DNA of 48,510 bases, taken from assembly GCA_965613095.1 (NCBI GenBank), contig CBFDUF010000001.1, positions 1 to 48,510 on the forward strand, read 5' to 3'. Source of the stretch: an uncultured Thermococci archaeon (GTDB taxonomy: Archaea; Methanobacteriota_B; Thermococci; Thermococcales; Thermococcaceae). The stretch's first letter is position 1. Every line of letters starts with the position of its first letter. Position numbers and translations under genes: made by a program. The notes beneath the pieces are model-generated. The model did not search any database, had not been told where the DNA came from, and worked only from the letters and a program-made list of their open reading frames with translations. Positions 20,654 through 31,489 of this stretch are shown here, piece after piece.

Positions 20654-21688
20654 TTAGAAGACATGAACCGCCGTTGCTTTAAAGCTTAGATAAACCTCTT
20701 TCTCCTCCTTAATTTCCATCTCAAGAAGGGATGAGCGGGTTATAAATGCCCTGAGCTCGATTCCTCCAATATCAAGAGTCAGCCTTACTAAGGATCCCAG
20801 ATCCTCAACCGCCAAAACTTTAGCTTTGAATTCATTTCTTGCGGAACTTTTTATAGGTTCATTGGATATTATGATGTCTTCCGGCCTTATACCAATTCTA
20901 ACTTTTCCCTTGACCTCTACGGGAAGTTCAATTAAAATGCTATTGGTCTTCAAAACTTTCCTCTCTCCAATTCCCTCAATTATATTCTCAAAGCCGAGGA
21001 ATCTTGCCACTTCTTCATTTTTCGGCCTTCCAAATACTTCTCTAACTTCTCCAGTTTGAATTAATTTTCCATTCAGCATAACCCCCACTCTATCTCCCAA
21101 GCTTACTGCCTCCTCAAAGGAATGGGTCACGTGAAGAGCCGTAAAATTTAGCTCCTTATGCCAGTGTTTCATTTCTTGGATAAGCTTAGATCTAGTTTGA
21201 ATATCCAGATTTGCAAATGGCTCATCAAGAAGAAGAAGTTTTGGCTCCAAAACCAAGGCCCTTGCAATGGCAACTCTTTGAGCCTCTCCACCACTCAATG
21301 TTCTTGGTTTTCTGTGCAAGAGATGAGAAATTCCAAGGATTTCTCCAATTTCCTTAACTTTTTTGTCAATTTCATTCTTTGGCATTTTTTTCAGCTTTAA
21401 TCCGTAAGCTATATTATCGTAGACTTTCATGTGCGGAAAGAGAGCATAGTTCTGGGGAATATAAGCTAATTTTCTCTTTTCAGGCGCCAAAAACGTTATA
21501 TCATTGCCATTCATGAAAATTCTTCCAGAATCCGGAATAAAAATTCCAGCAATGAGCTCAAGTAGAAGTGTCTTTCCAGCACCACTCGGGCCTAAAATTA
21601 TTAAATACTCCTCTTCATTGACCTCAAAACTTATTTCTCTGAGCTCAAACTCTTTCCAGTTCTTTGAGATAGATTTAACTTCAAGCAT
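20654..21688 (-). CDS. wtpC: Tungstate/molybdate ABC transporter ATP-binding subunit
   Basis: [20 protein letters not shown]-terminal TOBE (SSARN); same operon as wtpA and wtpB. Confidence 0.92.
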   Translation of the reverse strand: MLEVKSISKNWKEFELREISFEVNEEEYLIILGPSGAGKTLLLELIAGIFIPDSGRIFMNGNDITFLAPEKRKLAYIPQNYALFPHMKVYDNIAYGLKLKKMPKNEIDKKVKEIGEILGISHLLHRKPRTLSGGEAQRVAIARALVLEPKLLLLDEPFANLDIQTRSKLIQEMKHWHKELNFTALHVTHSFEEAVSLGDRVGVMLNGKLIQTGEVREVFGRPKNEEVARFLGFENIIEGIGERKVLKTNSILIELPVEVKGKVRIGIRPEDIIISNEPIKSSARNEFKAKVLAVEDLGSLVRLTLDIGGIELRAFITRSSLLEMEIKEEKEVYLSFKATAVHVF

Positions 21689-21692
21689 GGCA

Positions 21693-22460
21693 TCACCTTG
21701 TTAGTTGCTCAAGGAAATCCATAACACCGCTTTCCCTAAGAACGTCGACGAAAATATCGTATTGATTCTGAATGAGCTCCCAGACAAAGTTTTTGTAAAG
21801 GCCGGAAAGCCTGTCGCTACCGAAGTTCTTGGCAATTGCAAGAACGTGCATGACGTCCTTTGGAGTAAGCTTTGAACCCTTATCCTCATTTAACGCTTTT
21901 ATTGAGCGAGAAAACTTCGTGAGAGTACTCTCACTTCCTGCTAATTTTGTCAGGAGGAGTTCTAGTTCGCGTTTTTCTTCGATGTTTGGATGTCCGAACA
22001 TTACATTTCCTACGGCGAAGGGAATAACCCTGATTCTCCGCCCTTGAGTGGTTACTAAAAGAGAGTTCCCCTCCCTCACAGGCAAAAAATCTCTAAGGAT
22101 ACTTTTCGCCCATTCCAGCACATCTTGGTTCGTGTCCATATCCCGAGCAACTCCAATAATCCCAGGTCTAAAATTCTCTTCCCATATGTCAAGGGAACTG
22201 ATAACTAGCTTGAGGGCCTGTGAGAGCTTCTTCTTTCCTCCAACATAAAATAGTACCACTGCTTGGTTGTTCTTTACTAGGCATATTGGCCTAGACAGCA
22301 AGTTTTGACTATTTTCAAAGCTCTTTCCAATTGGAATCCTGCCATAGAGGTCTTTAGGAGCTTCTCGAAATTCATATATCTTCTTGAAGAGAGGAACAAA
22401 AAAGCTGATATCAGTTGGTCCTTCTAAGAGTAACAACCTAACATCCCACTGTCCTTCCAT
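21693..22460 (-). CDS. TOPRIM-like protein (DUF3226-like), partner of the upstream ATPase
   Basis: LLLLEGPTD (TOPRIM Glu), VGGK, GVARDMD (DxD), ELELLL. Confidence 0.7.
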   Translation of the reverse strand: MEGQWDVRLLLLEGPTDISFFVPLFKKIYEFREAPKDLYGRIPIGKSFENSQNLLSRPICLVKNNQAVVLFYVGGKKKLSQALKLVISSLDIWEENFRPGIIGVARDMDTNQDVLEWAKSILRDFLPVREGNSLLVTTQGRRIRVIPFAVGNVMFGHPNIEEKRELELLLTKLAGSESTLTKFSRSIKALNEDKGSKLTPKDVMHVLAIAKNFGSDRLSGLYKNFVWELIQNQYDIFVDVLRESGVMDFLEQLTR

Positions 22461-22463
22461 GGT

Positions 22464-23507
22464 TCATCCCCTCAAGTCCAATCCGAGAGCTTCCCTGAGG
22501 TCTTTAGCTCTCTCGAAGGACTCCATCTTTGCGCTAAGCTTCTCACCCTCACGTTTCATATGAACTATCCTTCCATCAATTCTCTCATCAAGTCCATATT
22601 CTAGTAGCATATCAATAAGCTCAAGGCTGTGAGTCGTTAAAAATACCTGGACGTTGTTTTCTTTTGCCCCCCTAATGAGGGTCTGTGCCATGATTCTCAG
22701 AGATTTTGGATGGTGGAAAGCCTCTGCTGAGTCGATGAGAAGGTAACCATCTTTTAGAAGCGCGGAAAGGAAGGCAATAATCATAGCATTTTTGAAACCC
22801 TCGCCCATTAGGTAGTATGGATAAACCCCATATTTTGTTTCTACATGAAGTACCCATCGATTTGCTTTAAAAAGCGGGCTGAACCCTTCAATTTCTGGAT
22901 ATGCAGATTTAAGTACCTTAACAGCTTTTTTGGATACCTTGCGTTCGTAGGCGTAAGAGTACAAGCTTTCCACATATCCAAATTTCCTAAGGGTTAGGGG
23001 AGTTAAAAACTCAAAGTCTGGCTCTGGTGAAAATTTGGCATTTACTAGCATTCTTTGGATTACCCCTGAGTCCACAAAACTCCTTTTAGGGATATCAGCA
23101 TTAAAAGGTGCGATGTCCTTGGAATTCTCCTTGGAGACCGATTTAAACCCAACATTAATGGTATCATAGCTTTGCCCCATTTGCTTTCTCTTTTTCTTCA
23201 TGGAAAGTTCAAAGTTTTTCCCATCTTCCAGCTTTCCCATCATCATAAACTCTTCCGCATTCTCATAAAATATGTCCATAATAGTCTGTTCCCCATACCA
23301 TCCTCGCCACACCAAAATCTCTTGGAAGGTTTCTCTAAATACTCGTGGCCCATTAGTAGCCCCTAAAAAGAGCGCCAGTACTTCAAGAACACTAGACTTA
23401 CCAGAATTATTCTTTCCCGCGATCACATTAACTTGGCCAAGATTTTCAAGTTTCAAGCCCTTAATTCCTCTAAAGTTTTCAATTGATAGTGAAGTGATCA
23501 CAGTCAT
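22464..23507 (-). CDS. AAA_15/AAA_21-type ABC-superfamily ATPase
   Basis: IENFRGI, AGKNNSGKSS Walker A, MGEG signature, LLIDSAEAFHHP Walker B/D-loop, FLTTHS H-loop. Confidence 0.88.
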   Translation of the reverse strand: MTVITSLSIENFRGIKGLKLENLGQVNVIAGKNNSGKSSVLEVLALFLGATNGPRVFRETFQEILVWRGWYGEQTIMDIFYENAEEFMMMGKLEDGKNFELSMKKKRKQMGQSYDTINVGFKSVSKENSKDIAPFNADIPKRSFVDSGVIQRMLVNAKFSPEPDFEFLTPLTLRKFGYVESLYSYAYERKVSKKAVKVLKSAYPEIEGFSPLFKANRWVLHVETKYGVYPYYLMGEGFKNAMIIAFLSALLKDGYLLIDSAEAFHHPKSLRIMAQTLIRGAKENNVQVFLTTHSLELIDMLLEYGLDERIDGRIVHMKREGEKLSAKMESFERAKDLREALGLDLRG

Positions 23508-23538
23508 CACCCCAGTACAATATTTTCTCGTAACTTCT

Positions 23539-23549
23539 CTTAAAGCTTT
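23539..23549 (-). promoter_or_regulatory. Putative BRE/TATA promoter of the ATPase-TOPRIM cassette
   Basis: AAAGCTTTAAG on the minus strand, just after the wtpB stop and about 30 nt upstream of the ATPase start. Confidence 0.45.
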
Positions 23550-23551
23550 GT

Positions 23552-24295
23552 CTATCTTATCCTCTTCCCTACAATCCATCTGAGCAGGACAAATATCGTG
23601 AGGCTCATGGTTATCATGATGACCGAAATCGGCCTTGAGGCCCTTAACCCATAGTTGTTAAAGTACTCCATAACCAGAATTTGAGCCGTTTTCGGGTAAT
23701 AAGCTATGATAAGAATCGCGCCGACTTCACTTATTGCCCTTGCCCATGTCATTATAGCACCGCTTAAAATTGAAGACATAGCCATAGGAAGAGAAATCGT
23801 AAAGAATGCTCTGAGCTTACTAGCTCCTAAAGTTCTCGCAACGTGCTCAAGCTTCTCATCCACTGCTAAAAATCCGTCTCTAGCAGCATTAATTGTGAAG
23901 GATGCAGAAACAAAAAGCATTGCCATAATTATTCCTAGATAACTATCCAAAATCCTGTTTGAGAAAGTTACAAGGAGCATGATGCCAACAACGGAATGGG
24001 GAATCACAATCGGAACGTCAACAACAGCCTGAACAAAGCTTTTACCCTTAAAATCTTTTCTTGCAAGAATATAACCCAAAGGCACTCCAAAAAACAGGGA
24101 AATTAACATTGTAGCTGTTGAAGTTAGAAGGGAGTTTCTAAGAGCAATTAAAACAAGTTCATCGTGTAAGGTTCTCATCAACATTTCCCAGTCAAAAAGC
24201 TGCTTACCTACAATAACAACTAAGGGCAAGAGAATATACATAATCATGAAAGTGCCGATTAAAGCAAAGAACCCCGTTACATAGTCATGCCTCAT
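23552..24295 (-). CDS. wtpB: Tungstate/molybdate ABC transporter permease
   Basis: [16 protein letters not shown]-loop [21 protein letters not shown]. Confidence 0.93.
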   Translation of the reverse strand: MRHDYVTGFFALIGTFMIMYILLPLVVIVGKQLFDWEMLMRTLHDELVLIALRNSLLTSTATMLISLFFGVPLGYILARKDFKGKSFVQAVVDVPIVIPHSVVGIMLLVTFSNRILDSYLGIIMAMLFVSASFTINAARDGFLAVDEKLEHVARTLGASKLRAFFTISLPMAMSSILSGAIMTWARAISEVGAILIIAYYPKTAQILVMEYFNNYGLRASRPISVIMITMSLTIFVLLRWIVGKRIR

Positions 24296-24326
24296 ATATT
24301 CACCTCTGAAAAGAGAGATAAAAAGT

Positions 24327-25421
<1,095 letters not shown>

Positions 25422-25520
25422 TTAAACATTTTGAGTAAACAAACATATTAAAGTTAAGTCAAATCATTTACTCCCAGAAGGATTTTATACTTGAATTCCT
25501 AAACTTCTAAAGGTGAGAGA

Positions 25521-26825
25521 ATGAGAATGGTGCTTATAGATGGAGAGCACTATCCCGATGTAACTGCATGGGCCATAAAAAAGATTGGAGATGTCTCATG
25601 TGCAGTTTTCCTAGGCGGCACAGAAAAGATAGGGGATATGAAATCCCTAGAAGAAAAGATAGGTGTTAAATTGTATTATGGCGAGAGTTATATTTCGAAT
25701 ATTAAAAAAGCCATTAATGAAAATAAAATTGAGGAAGTTATCGATCTGAGTGATGAGCCGGTGCTGAATTATGAAGACCGCTTTAGAATAGCTGCAGTAC
25801 TATTAAAACATAGCATAGAATACAAAGGAGCTGATTTTGAGTTTTCTCCAAAAGAGATGATTCAAATTAACAAACCAAGCCTTACAATACTCGGAACCGG
25901 AAAGAGAGTTGGGAAAACAGCAATAAGTGGATTCATTGCGAGAACACTAAAAGAGATCTCAAAACCAATAATAGTAACAATGGGACGAGGGGGCCCAGAA
26001 GAACCAGAAATAATTGAAGGAAACAAACTGGAGATCACCCCCGATTTCCTAGTTAAGGTAGCAGAATCAGGCAAACACGCCGCCTCAGACCATTTTGAAG
26101 ATGCTCTAACTTCAAGAGTTCTCACTATAGGTTGCAGAAGATGCGGAGGTGGAATGGCTGGATTTAGCTTCTTTGATATAGTTAATAAAGGAATAAAACT
26201 TGCAGAAAAGCTTGAAGGGGATATTGTGATATTAGAGGGAAGTGGAGCCACGTTTCCAGCTGTTAAAGCAGATAAATACATAACCGTGGTGGGAGCCACA
26301 CAAAGGATTGAGTTTATAAAAAGCTATTTTGGGCCATTCAGAATTGGCCTTGCGGATTTAATTGTTGTAACTCTCGCGGATATGATAAGCAAAGAAAAGA
26401 TCGAGAAAATTCAAAAGATTATAGAGAAGATAAATCCTGATGCAGAGATCCATTTGACTGCATTTAAACCAAGGCCCTTAAGTGAGATAAGAGGTAAAAA
26501 GGCCATTCTTGTAATGACTGCCCCTCCAGAAGGGTTAGAAAAAGCAGCTGCACACTTAGAAAATCATTATGATGTGGAGATCATCGGCAAAAGTGCCAAC
26601 CTTGCCAATCGCCCCAAGCTAATTGAGGATTTAAGCCGATTTAAGTATTATGATACAGTTCTTGTCGAATTGAAAGCTGCCGCCGTAGATATTGTCACAA
26701 GAGAAGCCCTAAAGTATGGAAAAGAAGTTATATACATTGACAACGAACCGGTAAATATAGATAACAAGAATTTGAGAGAAGCTGTGTTAGAAATTGGGTG
26801 GGAACTTAAGGGGGAGAGAAAATGA
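25521..26825 (+). CDS. cpgS: Cyclic 2,3-diphosphoglycerate synthetase
   Basis: IDGEHYP, GGTEK, GTGKRVGKT, MGRGGP, HAASD.FED, GCRRCGGG, ELKAAAVD. Confidence 0.93.
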   Translation: MRMVLIDGEHYPDVTAWAIKKIGDVSCAVFLGGTEKIGDMKSLEEKIGVKLYYGESYISNIKKAINENKIEEVIDLSDEPVLNYEDRFRIAAVLLKHSIEYKGADFEFSPKEMIQINKPSLTILGTGKRVGKTAISGFIARTLKEISKPIIVTMGRGGPEEPEIIEGNKLEITPDFLVKVAESGKHAASDHFEDALTSRVLTIGCRRCGGGMAGFSFFDIVNKGIKLAEKLEGDIVILEGSGATFPAVKADKYITVVGATQRIEFIKSYFGPFRIGLADLIVVTLADMISKEKIEKIQKIIEKINPDAEIHLTAFKPRPLSEIRGKKAILVMTAPPEGLEKAAAHLENHYDVEIIGKSANLANRPKLIEDLSRFKYYDTVLVELKAAAVDIVTREALKYGKEVIYIDNEPVNIDNKNLREAVLEIGWELKGERK

Positions 26826-27724
26826 TAATTGTAATTGACCCCGAAAAAAATACAAGAATACCTTTCTCTAGAGGAATCCTTACTAGATCCATCACCACCA
26901 CAGGGGTTGATGTAGGTGTAGCTTATTCTATAGCAACTGAAATAGTAAAAGATCTTCAAAGAAAAAAGATAAAATTGATAACAAAAGAGGAAATTAGAGA
27001 GATAACGTATGAAAAACTCATAGGACACGGTTTAAAAGACGCTGCCAGAAAATATCTCTTTTGGCATGAACTTAGGAAGCTGAAATATCCAATGATAATA
27101 CTCATAGGTGGAACAACAGGAGTTGGAAAATCTACCTTGGCTACAGAACTAGCCTTTAGACTTGGAATAAGAACAGTTATTGGCACAGACACCATTAGAG
27201 AGGTCATGAGAAAAATGATAAACAAAGAGCTTTTACCATCAATTCATACTTCCTCATTTTTAGCCTGGAAAGAACTTAAAAACTTACCAAGAAATGTGGA
27301 TTCTCTTATATATGGTTTCGAAAACCAAGTGAGGTATACTAGCGTTGGGATTAATGCAGTCATAGAACGTTCATACAAAGAGGGATTTAATACAATAATA
27401 GAGGGCATCCACCTCGTCCCCGGTTATGTATCACTCAATGATAGGAGTTTTATGTATTTAATCAGTGTAAAGAGCCCAGATGCTCTTGAAGCGAGATTTT
27501 ACGAACGAGCACGTTATAGCCTCCGACCAGCAGAGTATTACATAAAAAATATTGAAGAGATCATTCACATTCAAGAGTATTTAATCAAAAAAGCAAGAGA
27601 ATATGAAATTCCAGTAATAGAAAACATTGAGCTTGAGGCATCCATAAATAGCATAATGACCCATTTAATGGAAGAGATATCTAAAAGGCTTAAAGAAAGA
27701 GGAATTAAACTGAAAATCGAATAA
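26822..27724 (+). CDS. pgk2: 2-phosphoglycerate kinase
   Basis: ATP-cone PFSRGILTRS, GGTTGVGKST, TDTIRE, EGIHLVPG; overlaps cpgS stop. Confidence 0.92.
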   Translation: MIIVIDPEKNTRIPFSRGILTRSITTTGVDVGVAYSIATEIVKDLQRKKIKLITKEEIREITYEKLIGHGLKDAARKYLFWHELRKLKYPMIILIGGTTGVGKSTLATELAFRLGIRTVIGTDTIREVMRKMINKELLPSIHTSSFLAWKELKNLPRNVDSLIYGFENQVRYTSVGINAVIERSYKEGFNTIIEGIHLVPGYVSLNDRSFMYLISVKSPDALEARFYERARYSLRPAEYYIKNIEEIIHIQEYLIKKAREYEIPVIENIELEASINSIMTHLMEEISKRLKERGIKLKIE

Positions 27725-27786
27725 CAAAAACTCTTTTATCTTTTAACAAAGTATTAATATTTAGAAGTCGTTTTATGGTGGTCCCA

Positions 27787-28194
27787 ATGGATGAAAATGC
27801 GCCAATTAAAGTTTACATGACAAAGAAACTCATTGGTGTGAAACCAGATGACACAATTCAAGAGGCCTGTAGAGTTATGGTGGAATTTGATATCGGCTCT
27901 CTTGTAGTTGTTGATAATGGCAATGTTGTGGGCTTCTTCACAAAAAGTGACATTATAAGGAGGGTGATTGTTCCCGGCTTAGCTTACAATACTCCCGTAG
28001 CAGAGATCATGTCAAAGGAATTAATTACTGTGAATGTGAATACTCCCTTAAAAAAGGTGTTAGAAATAATGGCAGCAAAAAGGATAAAGCACATGCTTAT
28101 TGAAGAGGGAGGAAAAGTTGTAGGAATCTTCACTCTAAGTGACCTCCTTGAAGCTAGCAGAAGAAAACTTGAAACAGCCATTTCGGTAGAGTGA
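27787..28194 (+). CDS. CBS domain pair protein
   Basis: Two CBS repeats (IGSLVVVD..VVGFFTKSDI; IKHMLI..VVGIFTLSDL); alternative start at 27775. Confidence 0.9.
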   Translation: MDENAPIKVYMTKKLIGVKPDDTIQEACRVMVEFDIGSLVVVDNGNVVGFFTKSDIIRRVIVPGLAYNTPVAEIMSKELITVNVNTPLKKVLEIMAAKRIKHMLIEEGGKVVGIFTLSDLLEASRRKLETAISVE

Positions 28195-29714
28195 TCATCA
28201 TGATAAAGATAGCCCATATAAGTGACACTCATATAACAAGTGGAGAAGCTTACAAAGGATATGCCTACGACCTAATAGCCAATGAGATAAACACTCTAGA
28301 CTACAACTTAGTTATCCACACAGGAGACGTTACAAATGAGGGGTTAAGAGAAGAATATGAAAGAGCGAGTTATGAACTGAAGAAGATACAGAAACCTCTT
28401 ATTGTGCTTCCTGGTAACCACGATGCCAGAAATGTTGGATATGAGCTCTTTCAAAAGTATATTGGACCATTAAATGGTGTATATGAGCGAAAAGACCTAG
28501 TAATAATCTGGACAGATTCAACAATCCCTGATTTGAATGACGGAAGAATAGGTGGATACAAATTTCACTGGCTCAAAGAGAAGCTCGAAGAATATTCCCA
28601 CAAGAAATTTAAGATCGTCGCTTCACACCACCATCTAGTCCCTTTACCCGACACTGGAAGAGAAAGAAACGTTCTTTTTAATGCAGGCGATGTATTGGAG
28701 TTGCTCCTCAAACATGAGGTTAATCTTTATTTATGTGGCCACAAGCATGTCCCTAACATCTACAGTGTGGAAGGTCTTGTAGTAGCAAACTCCGGATGCA
28801 CATCATGTCGAAAAACAAGAAAAGGAGATGTAAACAGTTATAACATAATCAAAATTAAAGACAATGGAAAAATATCAGTAACAATCAAACGAGTGACAGG
28901 AGATATTCATAAAAGGGACTTCACAGTTAAGAAACAAAGGATTTTTATTCCCAGAAAGAAGAGACTGTTTAGAATTATCCAAATTAGTGAAAGTAATGTC
29001 TCGGATAGGATATACTTTAGAGAAAAGGTGCTCAAAAACGCCATAAAAGCTATCAACGAGAGATATAAACCAGATCTGGTAGTTCACTGTGGGGATATGG
29101 TGGAGGTTGGTATTGAGAGATATTACGCAAAGGCCTATCCCCTTTGGGAAAAGATAAAGGGTGAGAAGATTATCGTTCCGGGACATAATGACATAACTTA
29201 CTTGGGCTACGAGCTGTTTAGAGAGTATTTTGGAGAACCTGAAATTATAGAAAATGGGGACTTCACTTTCATACCAATCATATCGGCCCAATACGAAACC
29301 CCAATAGGGGTGGTAGGAAGAATAGGTCAAAAAATCCTTAAAGAGCACTTGAAAGAATACGAGGATACCTTCAGAGTTATAATTATGCATCACAATATAA
29401 CCCCAATACCCAAAAGCCGGGAAATAGGGTTTTTAGAGGATGGAGGAAACGTTTTGAAGATATTGACCGATGAAAAGGCAAATTTAGTTCTAACGGGCCA
29501 TGGTGGAAATAGTCTAGGAATGAAGATAGAACAAACACCAATAATAAATGCTGGTTCAATAAGTTGGGAACTCCACAGAAATCCCTTTGGAAATTCATTT
29601 AATTTAATAGATATCTACGAAGATATGATCGCAACATTTGAAATCCAGGCAACTTGGGGATCTAGAAAGCTCCTAGGAATGTGGAAAATTAAAACAGAGG
29701 TGCCATGGGACTAG
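28191..29714 (+). CDS. Tandem-domain calcineurin-like metallophosphoesterase (Icc/CpdA-like)
   Basis: Domain 1 has SDTH, TGD, GNHD, HHH, GHKH; domain 2 is degenerate (SESN, CGD, GHND, HH, GHGG). Confidence 0.9.
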   Translation: MIIMIKIAHISDTHITSGEAYKGYAYDLIANEINTLDYNLVIHTGDVTNEGLREEYERASYELKKIQKPLIVLPGNHDARNVGYELFQKYIGPLNGVYERKDLVIIWTDSTIPDLNDGRIGGYKFHWLKEKLEEYSHKKFKIVASHHHLVPLPDTGRERNVLFNAGDVLELLLKHEVNLYLCGHKHVPNIYSVEGLVVANSGCTSCRKTRKGDVNSYNIIKIKDNGKISVTIKRVTGDIHKRDFTVKKQRIFIPRKKRLFRIIQISESNVSDRIYFREKVLKNAIKAINERYKPDLVVHCGDMVEVGIERYYAKAYPLWEKIKGEKIIVPGHNDITYLGYELFREYFGEPEIIENGDFTFIPIISAQYETPIGVVGRIGQKILKEHLKEYEDTFRVIIMHHNITPIPKSREIGFLEDGGNVLKILTDEKANLVLTGHGGNSLGMKIEQTPIINAGSISWELHRNPFGNSFNLIDIYEDMIATFEIQATWGSRKLLGMWKIKTEVPWD

Positions 29715-30181
29715 CCAAAGAAAGCACCCATCATGTCCATCTGCTCTTCAGAAAATCCTTTAACCTTAAATTCAGGCATTTTATCAATTAGCTCAGTGTA
29801 TTTTTCCTCGCTTACCTTCTCTGAGGCCCCATTTTTTATATAAAATGCCTTCAGAATGCCCTCCGCTTTATAAGCAACTAAAAACTCCCCAGTTTCTATG
29901 TTTCCGAAGTCTACGAATATAGCATTCCCACCAGTGTAAGGCTTCTTACACTTAAACGGAACACTCGCAGAGTTTAACATAGCATCTCCAAGTGCAAAGT
30001 TTGCCTTTTTACCATTTATTTCAGTCCAAAAAGGAACACCCTCAAAGTCACCTTCCACTACTACAAGGGTTCTCTGTCCATCAAATTCTATAACCGGAGC
30101 ACCCTTGTTCTCAAGTATATGAAAAAGTTCCTCAATTGTCTCAGCATTCTTTAAACTTGCAACAAATCCCTCAACTTTCAT
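29711..30181 (-). CDS. Hypothetical protein
   Basis: 156-aa ORF with GGAGGG RBS, at the end of the minus-strand gene run. Confidence 0.75.
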   Translation of the reverse strand: MKVEGFVASLKNAETIEELFHILENKGAPVIEFDGQRTLVVVEGDFEGVPFWTEINGKKANFALGDAMLNSASVPFKCKKPYTGGNAIFVDFGNIETGEFLVAYKAEGILKAFYIKNGASEKVSEEKYTELIDKMPEFKVKGFSEEQMDMMGAFFG

Positions 30182-30232
30182 GTCAATCCCTCCATTTTTC
30201 TTTCCAAAAGAAATAAGCGAGGAGATTTATAA

Positions 30233-30829
30233 TCATTCCTCCTCTTTTATAAGTTCCCCTTCTTCACCTTTTTCATTGGAGAGTTCCCTTAAACGGTCAA
30301 TACCAGATCCAACTGCTATCAGTATATCCCCCTCTTCAATAGTTTCGTCCTTTGAAGGATTGTAAATATAACGACATCCTCTCTTTATTGCGATTAGCCT
30401 AACCCCTACTTTTGTGGGAAGTTTAAGCTGTTTTAAGGGATTTCCAATGAGTATTGAACCTTTATTAACTTTAACTCTGCCAATTTCCTCATCAACATCA
30501 TGCATTATCTTTCTTATCACCGGATGAGGTTCCACATCCCTAAGGACTAAATCCGAGATCTCATATGCAGAATCAGATATCTGCTCATTGATATTGGCCA
30601 TCTCAATTATGCTTAACAACTTCTCGGGATCTTCTTCATATTTAGCAGCTCTCAAAGCCAGTTTTTTAACTTTAAGCGTGAGTTCATCCATCTTCTCCTC
30701 AAGAATGTAAACTTCATCAGCTATATCCTCACTATCATACATAACTGAAGAAAATGCAAGGTCTACCATAAGGGAAGAGAGGTTTTTCATTTCTATCAAG
30801 CAGTCTTTAATCTCCTCAAGCTCTTTCAT
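30233..30829 (-). CDS. PhoU + TrkA-C (RCK_C) domain protein
   Basis: EMKNLSSLMVDLAFSS, LIAIKRG..YIYNP..IEEGDILIAVG; start set at ATG 30829. Confidence 0.88.
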   Translation of the reverse strand: MKELEEIKDCLIEMKNLSSLMVDLAFSSVMYDSEDIADEVYILEEKMDELTLKVKKLALRAAKYEEDPEKLLSIIEMANINEQISDSAYEISDLVLRDVEPHPVIRKIMHDVDEEIGRVKVNKGSILIGNPLKQLKLPTKVGVRLIAIKRGCRYIYNPSKDETIEEGDILIAVGSGIDRLRELSNEKGEEGELIKEEE

Positions 30830-31433
30830 CACCAACCACCCTGATAATACCTCTAGCAATTTCCTTAAGATGTTCCACAGATGTGTGAGTACCCCTACCA
30901 ATAAGCACATCACCAGGTTTTATCTTAAAGTCCTTATCCGGAGCAAATATCCACCTCTTACCCCTTCTAACAGCGATTATCCAGACACCTGTATTGCTTG
31001 CCAATTTTAGGTCTCCCAGAGTCTTCCCTACTAGAATTGAGTCCTGTGTAACTGTTATTTTAGCTATAACTTCCTCACTTTCCATTATTGCTTCTGTAAT
31101 AACGGGGTGAAGTGCAATACCTTCTAAAACCATTTTGGCCAAATCACCAGCAGCATTCGATATGTCTTCTATAGAATTGGCCATTTGTAATACGGAAGTT
31201 ATCTGTTCGGCCTCTTTTGGGTTTCTTGCTGCCAAAACTGCATGGGTCATTAAATGATAATTAAGAAGATCCATTCTCTCTTCAAGATCAAGGACCTCCT
31301 CAGCTATTTCTTTGTCCCCAAAGAGGATCGATGTATAAGCAAGATCAACCATGAGCTCAACAATATTTTTCATTTCTATAAAGAGTTCCTTAACACTTTT
31401 AGGTTGATATTCAAATTCCCCAAATTCCTCCAT
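30816..31433 (-). CDS. PhoU + TrkA-C (RCK_C) domain protein (tandem paralog)
   Basis: EMKNIVELMVDLAYTS, IIAVRRG..WIFAP..IKPGDVLIGRG. Confidence 0.88.
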   Translation of the reverse strand: MEEFGEFEYQPKSVKELFIEMKNIVELMVDLAYTSILFGDKEIAEEVLDLEERMDLLNYHLMTHAVLAARNPKEAEQITSVLQMANSIEDISNAAGDLAKMVLEGIALHPVITEAIMESEEVIAKITVTQDSILVGKTLGDLKLASNTGVWIIAVRRGKRWIFAPDKDFKIKPGDVLIGRGTHTSVEHLKEIARGIIRVVGDERA

Positions 31434-31489
31434 CTACCTATCCTCCCGTTTTTATCTCATACCCCATTTTCTTTTAAGGTTTTCTTAAC

